Part shown: one piece after another, positions 9,856 through 19,929 of the stretch
Layout: each line of letters starts with the position of its first letter
How positions within the stretch are numbered: position 1 is the first letter of the stretch
NCBI GenBank assembly: GCA_964371585.1
Contig: CAYJMD010000001.1
Coordinates: forward strand, 175,049 to 239,048
Source: an uncultured Clostridiaceae bacterium
GTDB taxonomy: Bacteria > Bacillota > Clostridia > TANB77 > CAG-465
Length of the DNA: 64,000 nucleotides
Direction of reading: 5' to 3'
Notes under the pieces: generated by a model
Seen by the model: only the letters and a program-made list of their open reading frames with translations
Told to the model about the DNA's origin: nothing
Database searches by the model: none
Translations under genes and position numbers: made by a program

Positions 9856-10191
9856 ATGAAAAAATACGAGTTTATTCATTTACTTGCTTTTACACCTATA
9901 GCTGCTATAGTCATGGCTATTACAAAAAGAAATTATCATGATATGTTATGGCTTTTGGTATTAATGGGTGTTCTTATAACATTACTTCAGATATTTGTAA
10001 GGAGTCATGGGAAAGATAAACATAGGGAACATGTTAAAACTAGTATTATTGGAAAAGTATTATTTATATCACCAATAGTTATATACTACATACTCCTTAT
10101 TGTTGCTTTTTGTTTGCCAAGAAAAATTATTTTTTTAGAAGCAAAAGAGTTACATAAATTAAGTACTGTTATTATTGATTATATTATTTAG
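9856..10191 (+). CDS. Small hypothetical membrane protein (about 3 TM)
   Basis: AGGAGG lies upstream of the ATG. Hydrophobic segments are present and a terminator hairpin follows. Confidence 0.55.
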   Translation: MKKYEFIHLLAFTPIAAIVMAITKRNYHDMLWLLVLMGVLITLLQIFVRSHGKDKHREHVKTSIIGKVLFISPIVIYYILLIVAFCLPRKIIFLEAKELHKLSTVIIDYII

Positions 10192-10305
10192 TCTTATAAA
10201 TCTAAATCTTAGGTATTAACCTATTATTTAGATTTATTTTTATTTATATATCATAATAGAAGATTTTAATACATATATACTAATAAGAGATTTTTGGAGG
10301 GATAT

Positions 10306-10599
10306 ATGGAAGATAAAAAAATTGGTAATAAACTTACAACAAATCAAAATATAATTATGGAGAACAGAGAAAAAGTATGTGTAACAGGTGTTATTGATAT
10401 ACATAGTTTTGATGATGAACTGGTTTTAGCTCAAACGGAGCTAGGGATTTTAACAATTAAAGGTGATGATTTAAAAATGAGTAAACTTTCTCTTGATAAT
10501 AATGAATTAATAGTAGAAGGAAAAATTGTAGCTGTTGCATATAGTGATATAAATAATACGTCAAAACCTAAAGGTATTATGAATAAGTTATTTAAATAA
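10306..10599 (+). CDS. yabP: Sporulation protein YabP
   Basis: The YabP-like core is ENREKVCVTGVIDIHSFDDELVLAQTELGILTIKGDDLKMSKLSLD. It keeps the conserved yabP-yabQ-divIC order. The ATG at 10306 follows GGAGGG, whereas the ORF-track TTG at 10294 overlaps the RBS. Confidence 0.85.
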   Translation: MEDKKIGNKLTTNQNIIMENREKVCVTGVIDIHSFDDELVLAQTELGILTIKGDDLKMSKLSLDNNELIVEGKIVAVAYSDINNTSKPKGIMNKLFK

Positions 10600-10617
10600 T
10601 ATAAAAGGAAGCTAAAA

Positions 10618-11127
10618 ATGGATTTATCGTATCAATTATATGATTTTATTTCATATATAATAATAGGTAGTATAATGTGTATACTTCTGGATATATTTAG
10701 AGCATATAGGAAGTATAAAAAAGTAGGAAGAAATATAATTATACTTCAAGATATAGTATATTTTATATTACTTATAGTTATAGTTATTTTTGCTAATGTT
10801 TTTCTTTTGCATAGCCAAATACGATTTTATCTTGTGATAGGTATATGTATGGGTATTTTTTGTTATTATGTATTAATTAGTAAATTTATAATCAATATAT
10901 ACATTAATATTTTTAAAATGAATAAAGTTTTAATAAATTTCATTTTTATGCCTATTACTTTAATTAGACAGGTTATAAGGCAAAATAACAAAATAATAGG
11001 TAAAATAACATTTTTCTATTGCAATAAAATAAAAAATGTGATAAATTATATTATAATAAGGGTTAAAAGTCTAGAATTTTTTAAAATTTCAAAGAGTAAG
11101 AGGGTTGAAAATGAAAAAAACAAATAA
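10618..11127 (+). CDS. yabQ: Spore cortex biosynthesis protein YabQ
   Basis: It is a multi-TM protein with the YabQ-type N-terminus (IIIGSIMCILLDIFRAYRK) and sits directly after yabP. Confidence 0.75.
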   Translation: MDLSYQLYDFISYIIIGSIMCILLDIFRAYRKYKKVGRNIIILQDIVYFILLIVIVIFANVFLLHSQIRFYLVIGICMGIFCYYVLISKFIINIYINIFKMNKVLINFIFMPITLIRQVIRQNNKIIGKITFFYCNKIKNVINYIIIRVKSLEFFKISKSKRVENEKNK

Positions 11128-11407
11128 TAATAGAAACAAGAAAAAAATATCTATGTTACCTATATTTTTTACAATTTTTTTAGCATATTTTATATATACT
11201 GTATACAATCAACAAATTGAGATTAATAGTTATAATGTTCAAATTGAAATGTATACAAAAGAAATTGAAGATGGAAAAAAATTAGTAGAGTTATATGAGG
11301 CTGATGAACAAAATTTAGAATCTGATGAGTACATTGAATATGTAGCAAGAGAAACATTAGGATTAGTAAAGCCATATGAAAAAATTTTTATAGATATTAG
11401 CAAATAA
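11111..11407 (+). CDS. divIC: Septum formation initiator (DivIC/FtsB family)
   Basis: It has a single TM, a coiled-coil and a C-terminal YVARETLGLVKPYEKIF motif. The ATG at 11111 follows GAGGG. It overlaps the end of yabQ. Confidence 0.8.
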   Translation: MKKTNNNRNKKKISMLPIFFTIFLAYFIYTVYNQQIEINSYNVQIEMYTKEIEDGKKLVELYEADEQNLESDEYIEYVARETLGLVKPYEKIFIDISK

Positions 11408-11511
11408 CTGTATCAATATTTAGTCCATAACTTTAATAGTTATGGATTTATATTTTATACTATAGTTTAATTAATGTGTATTATTTAAGTATATATTTTG
11501 GAGGGACAAGC

Positions 11512-12510
11512 ATGGATATAAAAAAAATTATTAAGGGTAAGCTAAAATTAATTGAGACGATTATATATATTCTAGTTATAATTATGACTGTTACACTATA
11601 TATTTTAGGACCTATATATATTAAATTTATACCACTTTTATTTATTTTAGGTATTATTGGAAATATTATATTTAAAAGACCATGGATTACAGCTATATTT
11701 ACATTTATAGTTAGCTTATTTGTTAATGAAGTGTTTAATGTTACAAGTTTTACTAATAATCTTTTAGAGAGTTCATATACTTTTATTTTTGTTATTCTTG
11801 GAGAATTTGTAGGTAATTTTGCTAAAATTGCTTATCAAAACAAAAGTAAAAAAGTGACATCAAAAGATATTAAAAATTATACGTATATTTTAGTTATAAC
11901 AAGCATTGCACTGCTATTTAGTGGATACATAGATGGTAATCTGTTTAACTATTTAAAGTCACATGAAATCTTAACTAGTTATATTACAAATACATATAAT
12001 ATATTACCTGAAAATATTATTATTAAAAATGATAAGTATGTAAATGGTACAAATAATTACTATTCCTTTGAAATTGAAAATTTAGATGTTTCAAGTAAAA
12101 GTTATACATTTGGTGTTTATTCAGATAAATATCATGTAGTTGATGAATTTAAACTAACTAATTTAGAATATAGTGCAAATAAATTAACTCAGGAACTTAA
12201 ATTTAAAAATATAATCTTACAAGAAGGTTATGATATAAGTTTTACATATGATCCTATAACTGAAAATTTACTTTTTGTCATACTTTGTGATTCTACAGTA
12301 AATAATAATGATATGAATACATATATTGAAAATTCTGATACAATACTTAAAGAAGTTTTGAATTATAATGAATTTAAAGATATTGTTAGAGTACAGTTTA
12401 AGTATTTAACAGGTGATAATAAATTAATACTTGGAGAAATAACAGATAGTTATTTCCACAATATTGAGAAGTATAAAGAGGCGATGAACGTAGAATTTAT
12501 ACAAAATTGA
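11512..12510 (+). CDS. Hypothetical membrane protein (N-terminal multi-TM, C-terminal extracytoplasmic domain)
   Basis: The ATG at 11512 follows GGAGGG. About five hydrophobic helices precede a soluble domain of roughly 170 aa. Confidence 0.6.
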   Translation: MDIKKIIKGKLKLIETIIYILVIIMTVTLYILGPIYIKFIPLLFILGIIGNIIFKRPWITAIFTFIVSLFVNEVFNVTSFTNNLLESSYTFIFVILGEFVGNFAKIAYQNKSKKVTSKDIKNYTYILVITSIALLFSGYIDGNLFNYLKSHEILTSYITNTYNILPENIIIKNDKYVNGTNNYYSFEIENLDVSSKSYTFGVYSDKYHVVDEFKLTNLEYSANKLTQELKFKNIILQEGYDISFTYDPITENLLFVILCDSTVNNNDMNTYIENSDTILKEVLNYNEFKDIVRVQFKYLTGDNKLILGEITDSYFHNIEKYKEAMNVEFIQN

Positions 12511-12534
12511 TATATGTAATGTGGAGGGTTGATT

Positions 12535-13353
12535 TTGGAAGAAAAAAATAAAGGGAGATTATCTATATTTTCGGATTTACTTATGCTTTGCATATGTCTT
12601 TTAATTATTATTGGCGTATATAGTGTTGTAAATCTTGATACTAGGGAAGATACAACCTTAGCACTTGTAGATGTAGAAGATGATATAAATATAATAATTG
12701 ATAAGATATATAAAGATTACAATGTTAAAGTGATTTATGGAAACTCAACTAAAACATATGCACAAAATGTAGATGCTAGTATACAAACTGATGTAGAAGA
12801 TTTAAGAAATCAACTTGAAATCTTAGAAGATGCTCTTAAAAAGTATCCAATAGATTTTTTTAAAGAGCAGTCAGTGACAATTATACTTTTAGATAAATTT
12901 AGTAATAATAATCTTGCGCTTGCATCAAAAAACAGTTTGAATGAGTATAAAATATATTTAAGTGATGTCAAAGATTTTGAAAGAAGCTTTCACCATGAAG
13001 CATATCATATTTTTGAATATATATACGAATCAGAATGTTTATTTACAAATTGGAGTGAGCTAAATCCTATTGATTTTAAATATAATGAAGATGTACTAGT
13101 TTTAGATTCTACTTATGTATATAACATTAATCAGTTTAATAATGATACTGTATATTTTGTAACTAAATATTCTAAAACATCTGAAAAAGAAGATAAGGCA
13201 GAAATATTTGCTGAAATTATGATAAATGGATATGGGATTAAAAAATACGAGCAATTTACAAATCTTTACACTAAAATTGAAAGCATGCAAAATATACTAA
13301 ATACTACATTTGAAAAAATCCCAGCATATTGGAATAATTATAAAGAAATTTAA
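12535..13353 (+). CDS. Membrane-anchored putative zinc metallopeptidase (HExxH)
   Basis: It has an N-terminal TM anchor, HEAYH inside FHHEAYHIFEY and a downstream EDKAEIFAEIM. The start is uncertain: the TTG at 12535 lies 6 nt after GGAGGG, while the ORF-track TTG at 12529 abuts the RBS. Confidence 0.55.
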   Translation: MEEKNKGRLSIFSDLLMLCICLLIIIGVYSVVNLDTREDTTLALVDVEDDINIIIDKIYKDYNVKVIYGNSTKTYAQNVDASIQTDVEDLRNQLEILEDALKKYPIDFFKEQSVTIILLDKFSNNNLALASKNSLNEYKIYLSDVKDFERSFHHEAYHIFEYIYESECLFTNWSELNPIDFKYNEDVLVLDSTYVYNINQFNNDTVYFVTKYSKTSEKEDKAEIFAEIMINGYGIKKYEQFTNLYTKIESMQNILNTTFEKIPAYWNNYKEI

Positions 13354-13499
13354 TTTAAAATAAAGTGAAAATAGACATATATACTAATTAGTTTTGTATA
13401 TATGTTTCTTTTATTATAAGATACTAGTGATAGCTACTTGATATAGTTGAAAAATTATGTCAAATATGCTATAATGATTATGTTAATGGAGTTGAATTT

Positions 13500-15011
13500 A
13501 TGAACATTAGAAAAACAGCAATAGCTTTAGCAACTATTACAATAGTTGGACTTAGCTATAATGTAGTAAATGCTACAAATGTAAATGAACAGATTGACGT
13601 TTATGAAACTACTACGATAAAAAAAGTTTCAGAAACATTATATGCACAGCTTGAAAATCAGCTTAAAGATATATCTAAAGTTGTAAATGAAATATATGCT
13701 GAAATTGATAAATCAAGAACTACAGAAGAATTTGATACATATCCAGCAATAAGGCTTAATATAGATACTCCATATTTTGGAGTAGAACAACTTATAAATA
13801 ATAGATTAACAATTACTACAGATGTATCATTATACGATATAACTAGTGGTTACAGTGTTAATTCTGTTTTAGATACAAAAATAGTTAAATTACCTATTTT
13901 TGATATTGCAGGACTTATAGTACTTACAAAAGATGTTAAGATAGATGAAAATTTAACTCATGAAGATGCTAAACTAATAACAGTTAAACTACTTAAATAC
14001 TATGAACAGGCGATAAGTGTTAAAGAATTATTAGATAGACAAATAGGTAATATATTTTTTGATTACCTTGTAGATGATAAAAAAGAAATAGCTAGTAATT
14101 ATAAAAATATTGTAAACAATACTTTTTATGATTTAGAAGATATGACAAATAAAATTTCATACCTTACACTATATACAGATATGTCAGTAGAAACAGAAAT
14201 GTTACTTGATTATATTGAAATAACTACAGAAAATGAAAAAAAACTTGCTGAACTTTTAGTTACAAGAGATCAGCTAAATAAGAATTATACAGATTTTCTT
14301 TTAATTACAGAAGATATAAAAAAATTCAATGAAGAAATAGAACTAAAATATACAGAAGCTATAAAAAATATTCATTTAGATACAGCCATAGAAACGGCTA
14401 TTAATCTTTTGGTTAAAGAAATAGAATTTATAGAGCAGTATATGGATAGTTCAGTAACAAAAACTGAAAGTATTGTAGTTGTAAATGAAATAGAAACAAC
14501 TGAAATAAAAGAAACTATAAATTATGCTACAGTATCTAAACATTTATATGACAATATGAATAATGACCTTGAAAAACTATTAAAATTAAAAGAGGATATA
14601 GATAAATATTACATAGAAAGTAATGCAGAAGTAGATGAGTTAGATATAGATAATGAAGATAGTAATGATATTAAAATTTATGATGTTAAATCAAATAGTT
14701 ATACCGCAGATAAAGTAATAGAAATTAATAAAATAGTAAATGATTTCTATAACAATGAAATCTCATATATACTAGATAATATACAAACTAATGTAAAAGA
14801 GATTAAAGTAGATCCGAAACTAAATGTAGAAGAGTATGAATCTTTAAAATATATATATTATGATATGCAAATTAGTTTAAATAAAGTTTCTGATATATAT
14901 AATTCTAAGGATATAGTTACAAATATAAAATCAAAAGATGAACTAAAACAGGTATTAACAGATGTTTTAGAAGCCAAAAACAAATTAATTAGTAAGGATA
15001 GTGAAAAATAA
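13500..15011 (+). CDS. Secreted hypothetical protein, coiled-coil rich
   Basis: A signal-peptide-like N-terminus (MNIRKTAIALATITIVGLSYNVVNA) is followed by E/K/N-rich helical sequence. Its stop overlaps the next gene's ATG as TAATG. Confidence 0.6.
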   Translation: MNIRKTAIALATITIVGLSYNVVNATNVNEQIDVYETTTIKKVSETLYAQLENQLKDISKVVNEIYAEIDKSRTTEEFDTYPAIRLNIDTPYFGVEQLINNRLTITTDVSLYDITSGYSVNSVLDTKIVKLPIFDIAGLIVLTKDVKIDENLTHEDAKLITVKLLKYYEQAISVKELLDRQIGNIFFDYLVDDKKEIASNYKNIVNNTFYDLEDMTNKISYLTLYTDMSVETEMLLDYIEITTENEKKLAELLVTRDQLNKNYTDFLLITEDIKKFNEEIELKYTEAIKNIHLDTAIETAINLLVKEIEFIEQYMDSSVTKTESIVVVNEIETTEIKETINYATVSKHLYDNMNNDLEKLLKLKEDIDKYYIESNAEVDELDIDNEDSNDIKIYDVKSNSYTADKVIEINKIVNDFYNNEISYILDNIQTNVKEIKVDPKLNVEEYESLKYIYYDMQISLNKVSDIYNSKDIVTNIKSKDELKQVLTDVLEAKNKLISKDSEK

Positions 15012-16822
15012 TGATAGAAAACATAACAGAATATAAATTAAGGAAAGTACAAAAACCAGCTAGATATATAGGTGGAGAATATAATCAAATAGTTAAAGAT
15101 AAAAATGCAGTAGATGTTAGATGGGCACTTTGCTTTCCAGATTTATATGATATTGGAATGTCTAACTTAGGATTTAAAATTTTATATAATGAACTTAATT
15201 TAAGAAAAGATACTTGGTGTGAAAGAGCATATGCTGTTTGGCCAGATTTTGCAAATGTATTAAAAGAAAACAATAGTAAACTATATGCATTAGAATCTAA
15301 AGATAGTTTAGACAAATTTGATATACTTGGATTTACTTTGCAATATGAAATGAGTTACACAACAATACTTAAAATGTTAGAACTTTCTGGTATACCAGTG
15401 TTTTCTAAAGATAGAGATGAAGATTTTCCACTTATTGTAGCTGGAGGTCCGTGTGCATGTAATCCATATACATTAGCACCATTTATAGATTTATTTATGC
15501 TCGGTGAAGGTGAAAATATTATAAATATAGTTACAGATAAATATGTAGAAGCTAAGAAAAAAGGATATAATAAAGAAGAATATTTAAATTCTTTAAAAGA
15601 TTTACAAGGTATATTTATCCCTTCTATACATACAAGCACAGATAAGATAAAAAAAGTAGTTATAGAAGATTTTAATGATGCAAGATACCCTACTTCTCCT
15701 GTAGTACCAAATACTGAAATTGTACAAGATAAAGTACAACTTGAAATATTTAGAGGATGCATGAGAGGCTGTAGATTTTGCCAAGCAGGATACATATATA
15801 GACCAGTTAGAGAAAAAACAAAAGAAAGCTTAATTGATCTTGCTAAATGTACTTTAGCTACAACAGGTAAAGATGAAATAACGTTATCATCACTTAGCAC
15901 AAGTGACTATAGTGAATTTATGGATCTTGCTAATATAATGATAGATTATGCTGTTCCAAAAAAATTAAAAGTGTCACTTCCTTCACTTAGAATTGATTCT
16001 ATGAATTTAGATATATTTAAAAAAATATCTGAAGGTAAAAGAAGTAGTTTAACATTTGCTCCTGAAGCAGGTTCACAAAGATTAAGAGATGTAATCAATA
16101 AAAACATTTCTGAAAAAGATATACTATCATCTTGTAAACTAGCTTTTGAAAATGGATGGACAAGCGTTAAGTTATACTTTATGATAGGACTTCCAACAGA
16201 AACTTTTGAAGATGTTAATGAAATAGCGTTGCTATGTGATAAAATAAATGAAACATTTTATAGTATTCCAAGAGAGCAAAGAGGATCAAAATTAAAACTT
16301 ACTGTAAGTACATCAACATTTGTACCAAAACCGCATACACCTTTTGAATTTTGTAAAATGGAGACTATTGATAATATAATAGAAAAACAAAAACATTTAA
16401 AAGAAGTTCTTGGAAAGAAAAAAATAAAATACTCATGGCATAAACCGTATGTAAGTTTACTTGAAGCTTTAATAGCTCGTGGTGATGATAAAATAGCACA
16501 AGTAATTTATGAAGCATATTTAAATGGGTCACAGTTTGATAGCTGGGATGAAATGTTCAGTAAAGAGGCATGGGAAAAAGCTATAGCAAAAGTAGGTATA
16601 AATATAGATGATTATATATATACAGAATTTGATACATCACATAAATTTATATGGGATAATATACATCATGGAGTAGAAAAAGAGTTTTTAGTTAGAGAAT
16701 ATGAAAATGCAGTGAATAAAGGATTAACAACTTTAAACTGTAAACTTAAATGCAGTAATTGTGGAGTAACTAAAATAGCTAAATGTAAATATTTAGAAAA
16801 TAAAAATATAGTTCAAAAGTAG
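15011..16822 (+). CDS. Radical SAM protein, TIGR03960-like (B12-binding-like N-terminal domain)
   Basis: The CxxxCxxC cluster motif is CMRGCRFCQAG. The overall layout and 603-aa size match the Firmicute TIGR03960 family. Confidence 0.8.
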   Translation: MIENITEYKLRKVQKPARYIGGEYNQIVKDKNAVDVRWALCFPDLYDIGMSNLGFKILYNELNLRKDTWCERAYAVWPDFANVLKENNSKLYALESKDSLDKFDILGFTLQYEMSYTTILKMLELSGIPVFSKDRDEDFPLIVAGGPCACNPYTLAPFIDLFMLGEGENIINIVTDKYVEAKKKGYNKEEYLNSLKDLQGIFIPSIHTSTDKIKKVVIEDFNDARYPTSPVVPNTEIVQDKVQLEIFRGCMRGCRFCQAGYIYRPVREKTKESLIDLAKCTLATTGKDEITLSSLSTSDYSEFMDLANIMIDYAVPKKLKVSLPSLRIDSMNLDIFKKISEGKRSSLTFAPEAGSQRLRDVINKNISEKDILSSCKLAFENGWTSVKLYFMIGLPTETFEDVNEIALLCDKINETFYSIPREQRGSKLKLTVSTSTFVPKPHTPFEFCKMETIDNIIEKQKHLKEVLGKKKIKYSWHKPYVSLLEALIARGDDKIAQVIYEAYLNGSQFDSWDEMFSKEAWEKAIAKVGINIDDYIYTEFDTSHKFIWDNIHHGVEKEFLVREYENAVNKGLTTLNCKLKCSNCGVTKIAKCKYLENKNIVQK

Positions 16823-17054
16823 TTAAAACATAAAAAAGAAAAAATTAAATTAAAAATTTGAATAAAAAAATAATAATGCTGAGTAACCGTGTAACTTGGC
16901 ATTATTTTGTTTTTGAAAACATAAATTTGTAATATAAATTTAATAGTAAAAAAAGTTGTAGAAATCAGTTGTATTTTGCTATAAGTGTTGATATAATGAT
17001 AGTAGAGGTATAGAAAAAAGTAATTAAAAAATTTTTTAATTTAAGGAGGCCGTT

Positions 17055-17441
17055 ATGGAAACTATCAGTAACAAATTATCAGAAAAACTTGAGAAATCTA
17101 AAACCGTTTTAGAATGTGAAAATATCTTGTCTTTTTATAAGATGCAGTATGAAAAAGAAGGGAAATTAGATGAATTTTTAACTTATTTTGTAGAAGAGTT
17201 CTACAAAATTAAAGATCCACTTACAAGACTTGTTGCACTACAAAAGTTTGATCTACTTCCAAAAGAAGAACAAATAGCCATGCTTGCTTGTGAAACAGGT
17301 AAAAATTTTATTCTTCTAGAATATTTAAAACCTGAGTTTAAACAAAAAGTAATTAGTTTTTTAGAAAAAAAATTACGACATGGTAAAAAGTATAAATTGT
17401 TATGTTATAATGAAGATAAAATTACTTACGAAGCAGCATAA
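17055..17441 (+). CDS. Hypothetical protein (128 aa)
   Basis: It has AAGGAGG upstream, its own promoter-like TGATATAAT and a terminator downstream. No motif was recognised. Confidence 0.55.
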   Translation: METISNKLSEKLEKSKTVLECENILSFYKMQYEKEGKLDEFLTYFVEEFYKIKDPLTRLVALQKFDLLPKEEQIAMLACETGKNFILLEYLKPEFKQKVISFLEKKLRHGKKYKLLCYNEDKITYEAA

Positions 17442-17443
17442 AA

Positions 17444-17478
17444 ACACTACAGAAATAATTTCTGTAGTGTTTATTTTT
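17444..17478. terminator. Bidirectional intrinsic terminator
   Basis: Hairpin ACACTACAGAAA / TTTCTGTAGTGT is flanked by an A-run and a T-run, between convergent genes. Confidence 0.75.
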
Positions 17479-17496
17479 ATTTAGTTGTATTGAATT

Positions 17497-18414
17497 TTAT
17501 TTTAAATCTTCGGTAAACATTGCTACAACAGCAAATCCATAATCTTTATCTTTATGAATTCCTATACCTACATTTTCAAAGTTAGGATTTAGTATATTTT
17601 TAGAGTTTGAAGTGTCTTTAGTCCAATTTGTAACAGCTTTTAAAACATCTTCATTTTGAGCAATATTTTCTCCAGCACTATTATATGTTATTCCAAAGTT
17701 TTGCATCATTTCAAAAGGAGTTCCATATGACTCTGAAGTATGAAGGAAATAATTATTAGTTGCCAGATCAATAGCTTTTAGCCCAGCTATTTTATTTAGA
17801 TTTTCTGATATTACTAATTTAGACAATCCTGTTTTTTCTCGTTCTTTGTTTAATAAATCAACAACATCTTGTATGCTTATATCAGATGTATTTTCATTTG
17901 CATCTGTAGTACTAAGTAAGTCTTTTTGTATAAAACCTACAATATCATTAGATAATAATACTGAATAAAAATCATCTACCTGACCTATTACTGTAACTTT
18001 TGTATTATCTGATAAAGTAGAAATTTTTGAAGTGTTAGTAGATGGGCCTCGTCTTAAATTAACAGTATCTAAAGTAGTGTATGCTGTATACGGAGCAAAT
18101 CTTGTATATACTGATCCTATATCAAATGATGTATTTGAATTTGTAATAAAATCTTTAGATACAAACCCAATTTGATCTGAATCTAGCATAGCGATGTAAT
18201 AATTATCTATTTCACCTACGAGTTTTACTTTTGTTTCTTTTGGTAGTGTTTTTATAACACTTCCTGTAGGAGAACTTCTGAAGTTTAGATTATTTGCATT
18301 TACGGTTCCATATTTTGGTTTATACGTTATTACTTCAGCAAAAACATTTGATAATAATATATTGATTAATATTATACTACATAGAATAAAAATTCTTCTT
18401 TTTTTTGTTTTCAT
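17497..18414 (-). CDS. Secreted protein with two SH3b-like domains and a C-terminal CAP/SCP (YkwD-like) domain
   Basis: It has a signal peptide and two repeats of the form NLNFRSSPTGSVIK / VNLRRGPSTNTSKI. The C-terminus carries GENIAQN and FENVGIGI, typical of CAP-domain proteins. Confidence 0.75.
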   Translation of the reverse strand: MKTKKRRIFILCSIILINILLSNVFAEVITYKPKYGTVNANNLNFRSSPTGSVIKTLPKETKVKLVGEIDNYYIAMLDSDQIGFVSKDFITNSNTSFDIGSVYTRFAPYTAYTTLDTVNLRRGPSTNTSKISTLSDNTKVTVIGQVDDFYSVLLSNDIVGFIQKDLLSTTDANENTSDISIQDVVDLLNKEREKTGLSKLVISENLNKIAGLKAIDLATNNYFLHTSESYGTPFEMMQNFGITYNSAGENIAQNEDVLKAVTNWTKDTSNSKNILNPNFENVGIGIHKDKDYGFAVVAMFTEDLK

Positions 18415-18557
18415 AAAATCACTTCCTAATTATATTATTTGCTATATAATATAAATTATTATAAAATATAATTTTTTTGTAAATAATAATTCATGATATC
18501 AAATTTAAAGTATATTATGGTAAAAAATGTTAAAAATAATTTTAGAAGGTGATAAGA

Positions 18558-19769
18558 TTGAGATTAACTGATGGAGATTTATTTTGGACAAAAAAAGAAA
18601 AAATTAAAAAACAATATCCTTATGTTACAGAAAATTTAGATTGTGATGTTTTAATAGTTGGAGGAGGAATAACAGGAGCAATAACTGCATATTATCTAGC
18701 TAAAGAAGGAATGAATGTTATAGTATGTGAAAAAAATATAATAGGTTATGGATCTACAAGTGCTACAACAGCTCTTCTTGAATATCAAGTGGATGTAGAT
18801 ATTCATAAACTTGATAAAATGATTGGAGCTAAAAATAGTAAACGTATTTATGAACTTTGTTTAAAAGCAATAGATGATATAGAAAAGATAGATAATGAAC
18901 TAGGTAAAAAAACAGAATTTAGAAGAAGAGATGCACTATATTATACTAATAAAATGATGCAAAAAGGTGCAGTAGTTAAAGAGTATGAAGCAAGAAAAAA
19001 AGCAGGTTTCAATGTCAAATATGTAGATGAAAATGATACTATAAATATTAATTCTGGTGTACTTACCAAAAATGGAAGTGGAGATTTAAATCCATATAAG
19101 TTTACAACTAAACTATTTGAATATTTAAGTAATATGGATAATGTTAAGATTTTTGAAAATACAGAAATTAGAGATATAAAATGTAATTATGATAATGTTC
19201 AAGCTTGCACTAATAATAGATTTAAAATACTTGCAGATAAGATTATTTTTTGTACAGGATTTGATACGGTAAAATATACTAAGCTTGATAATGTAACATT
19301 ATATAAGACTTTTTCACTTGTTACAAAACCTATTAGTCAGCTAAATTCATTAGATACTTCTTTTACAGGAAGAGATATGCAAGATCCATATCATTATATT
19401 CGTTTTACAAAAGATAATAGGATAATAATAGGTGGAGAAGATGTTAAAATAACTAATAGATTTACTGATGAAGAATATTTTAAAACACTTTCAGCAGACA
19501 AATATAATAAAGTATATTCGTATTTAAATAAGCTTGTAAAATTAGAATCGGAAATAGATATAGAAAAAGCATTTTGTGGAACATTTGCAAATACGACAGA
19601 TACACTTCCTATAATTGACGAACTAGAAGATATGCCTAATTGTTTTTGTAATTTAGGCTTTGGATCAAATGGAATACTATATAGTGTAATTGGAGCAAAA
19701 ATACTAAAAGATGCAGTTAAAGGATTATATACAAAAGATATAAATATGTTTAGAATAGATAGAAATTAA
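18558..19769 (+). CDS. FAD-dependent oxidoreductase (DAO family)
   Basis: It has the dinucleotide-binding motif DVLIVGGGITGAITAYYLAKEG. The start was chosen as the TTG at 18558 because the ORF-track GTG at 18549 overlaps the AGAAGG RBS. Confidence 0.8.
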   Translation: MRLTDGDLFWTKKEKIKKQYPYVTENLDCDVLIVGGGITGAITAYYLAKEGMNVIVCEKNIIGYGSTSATTALLEYQVDVDIHKLDKMIGAKNSKRIYELCLKAIDDIEKIDNELGKKTEFRRRDALYYTNKMMQKGAVVKEYEARKKAGFNVKYVDENDTININSGVLTKNGSGDLNPYKFTTKLFEYLSNMDNVKIFENTEIRDIKCNYDNVQACTNNRFKILADKIIFCTGFDTVKYTKLDNVTLYKTFSLVTKPISQLNSLDTSFTGRDMQDPYHYIRFTKDNRIIIGGEDVKITNRFTDEEYFKTLSADKYNKVYSYLNKLVKLESEIDIEKAFCGTFANTTDTLPIIDELEDMPNCFCNLGFGSNGILYSVIGAKILKDAVKGLYTKDINMFRIDRN

Positions 19770-19929
19770 AGGTTTAGTAGAAATACTAAGCTTTTTTATA
19801 TTTAATTAATTATGTACACTGATAAATGCATACACTTGAATATTTAAGTGAAATGTGATATAATACTCATGTTATAAATAAAAAATATTATCTCAAATTT
19901 GAGGTACAGGAACGATTTGGAGGAAAACA

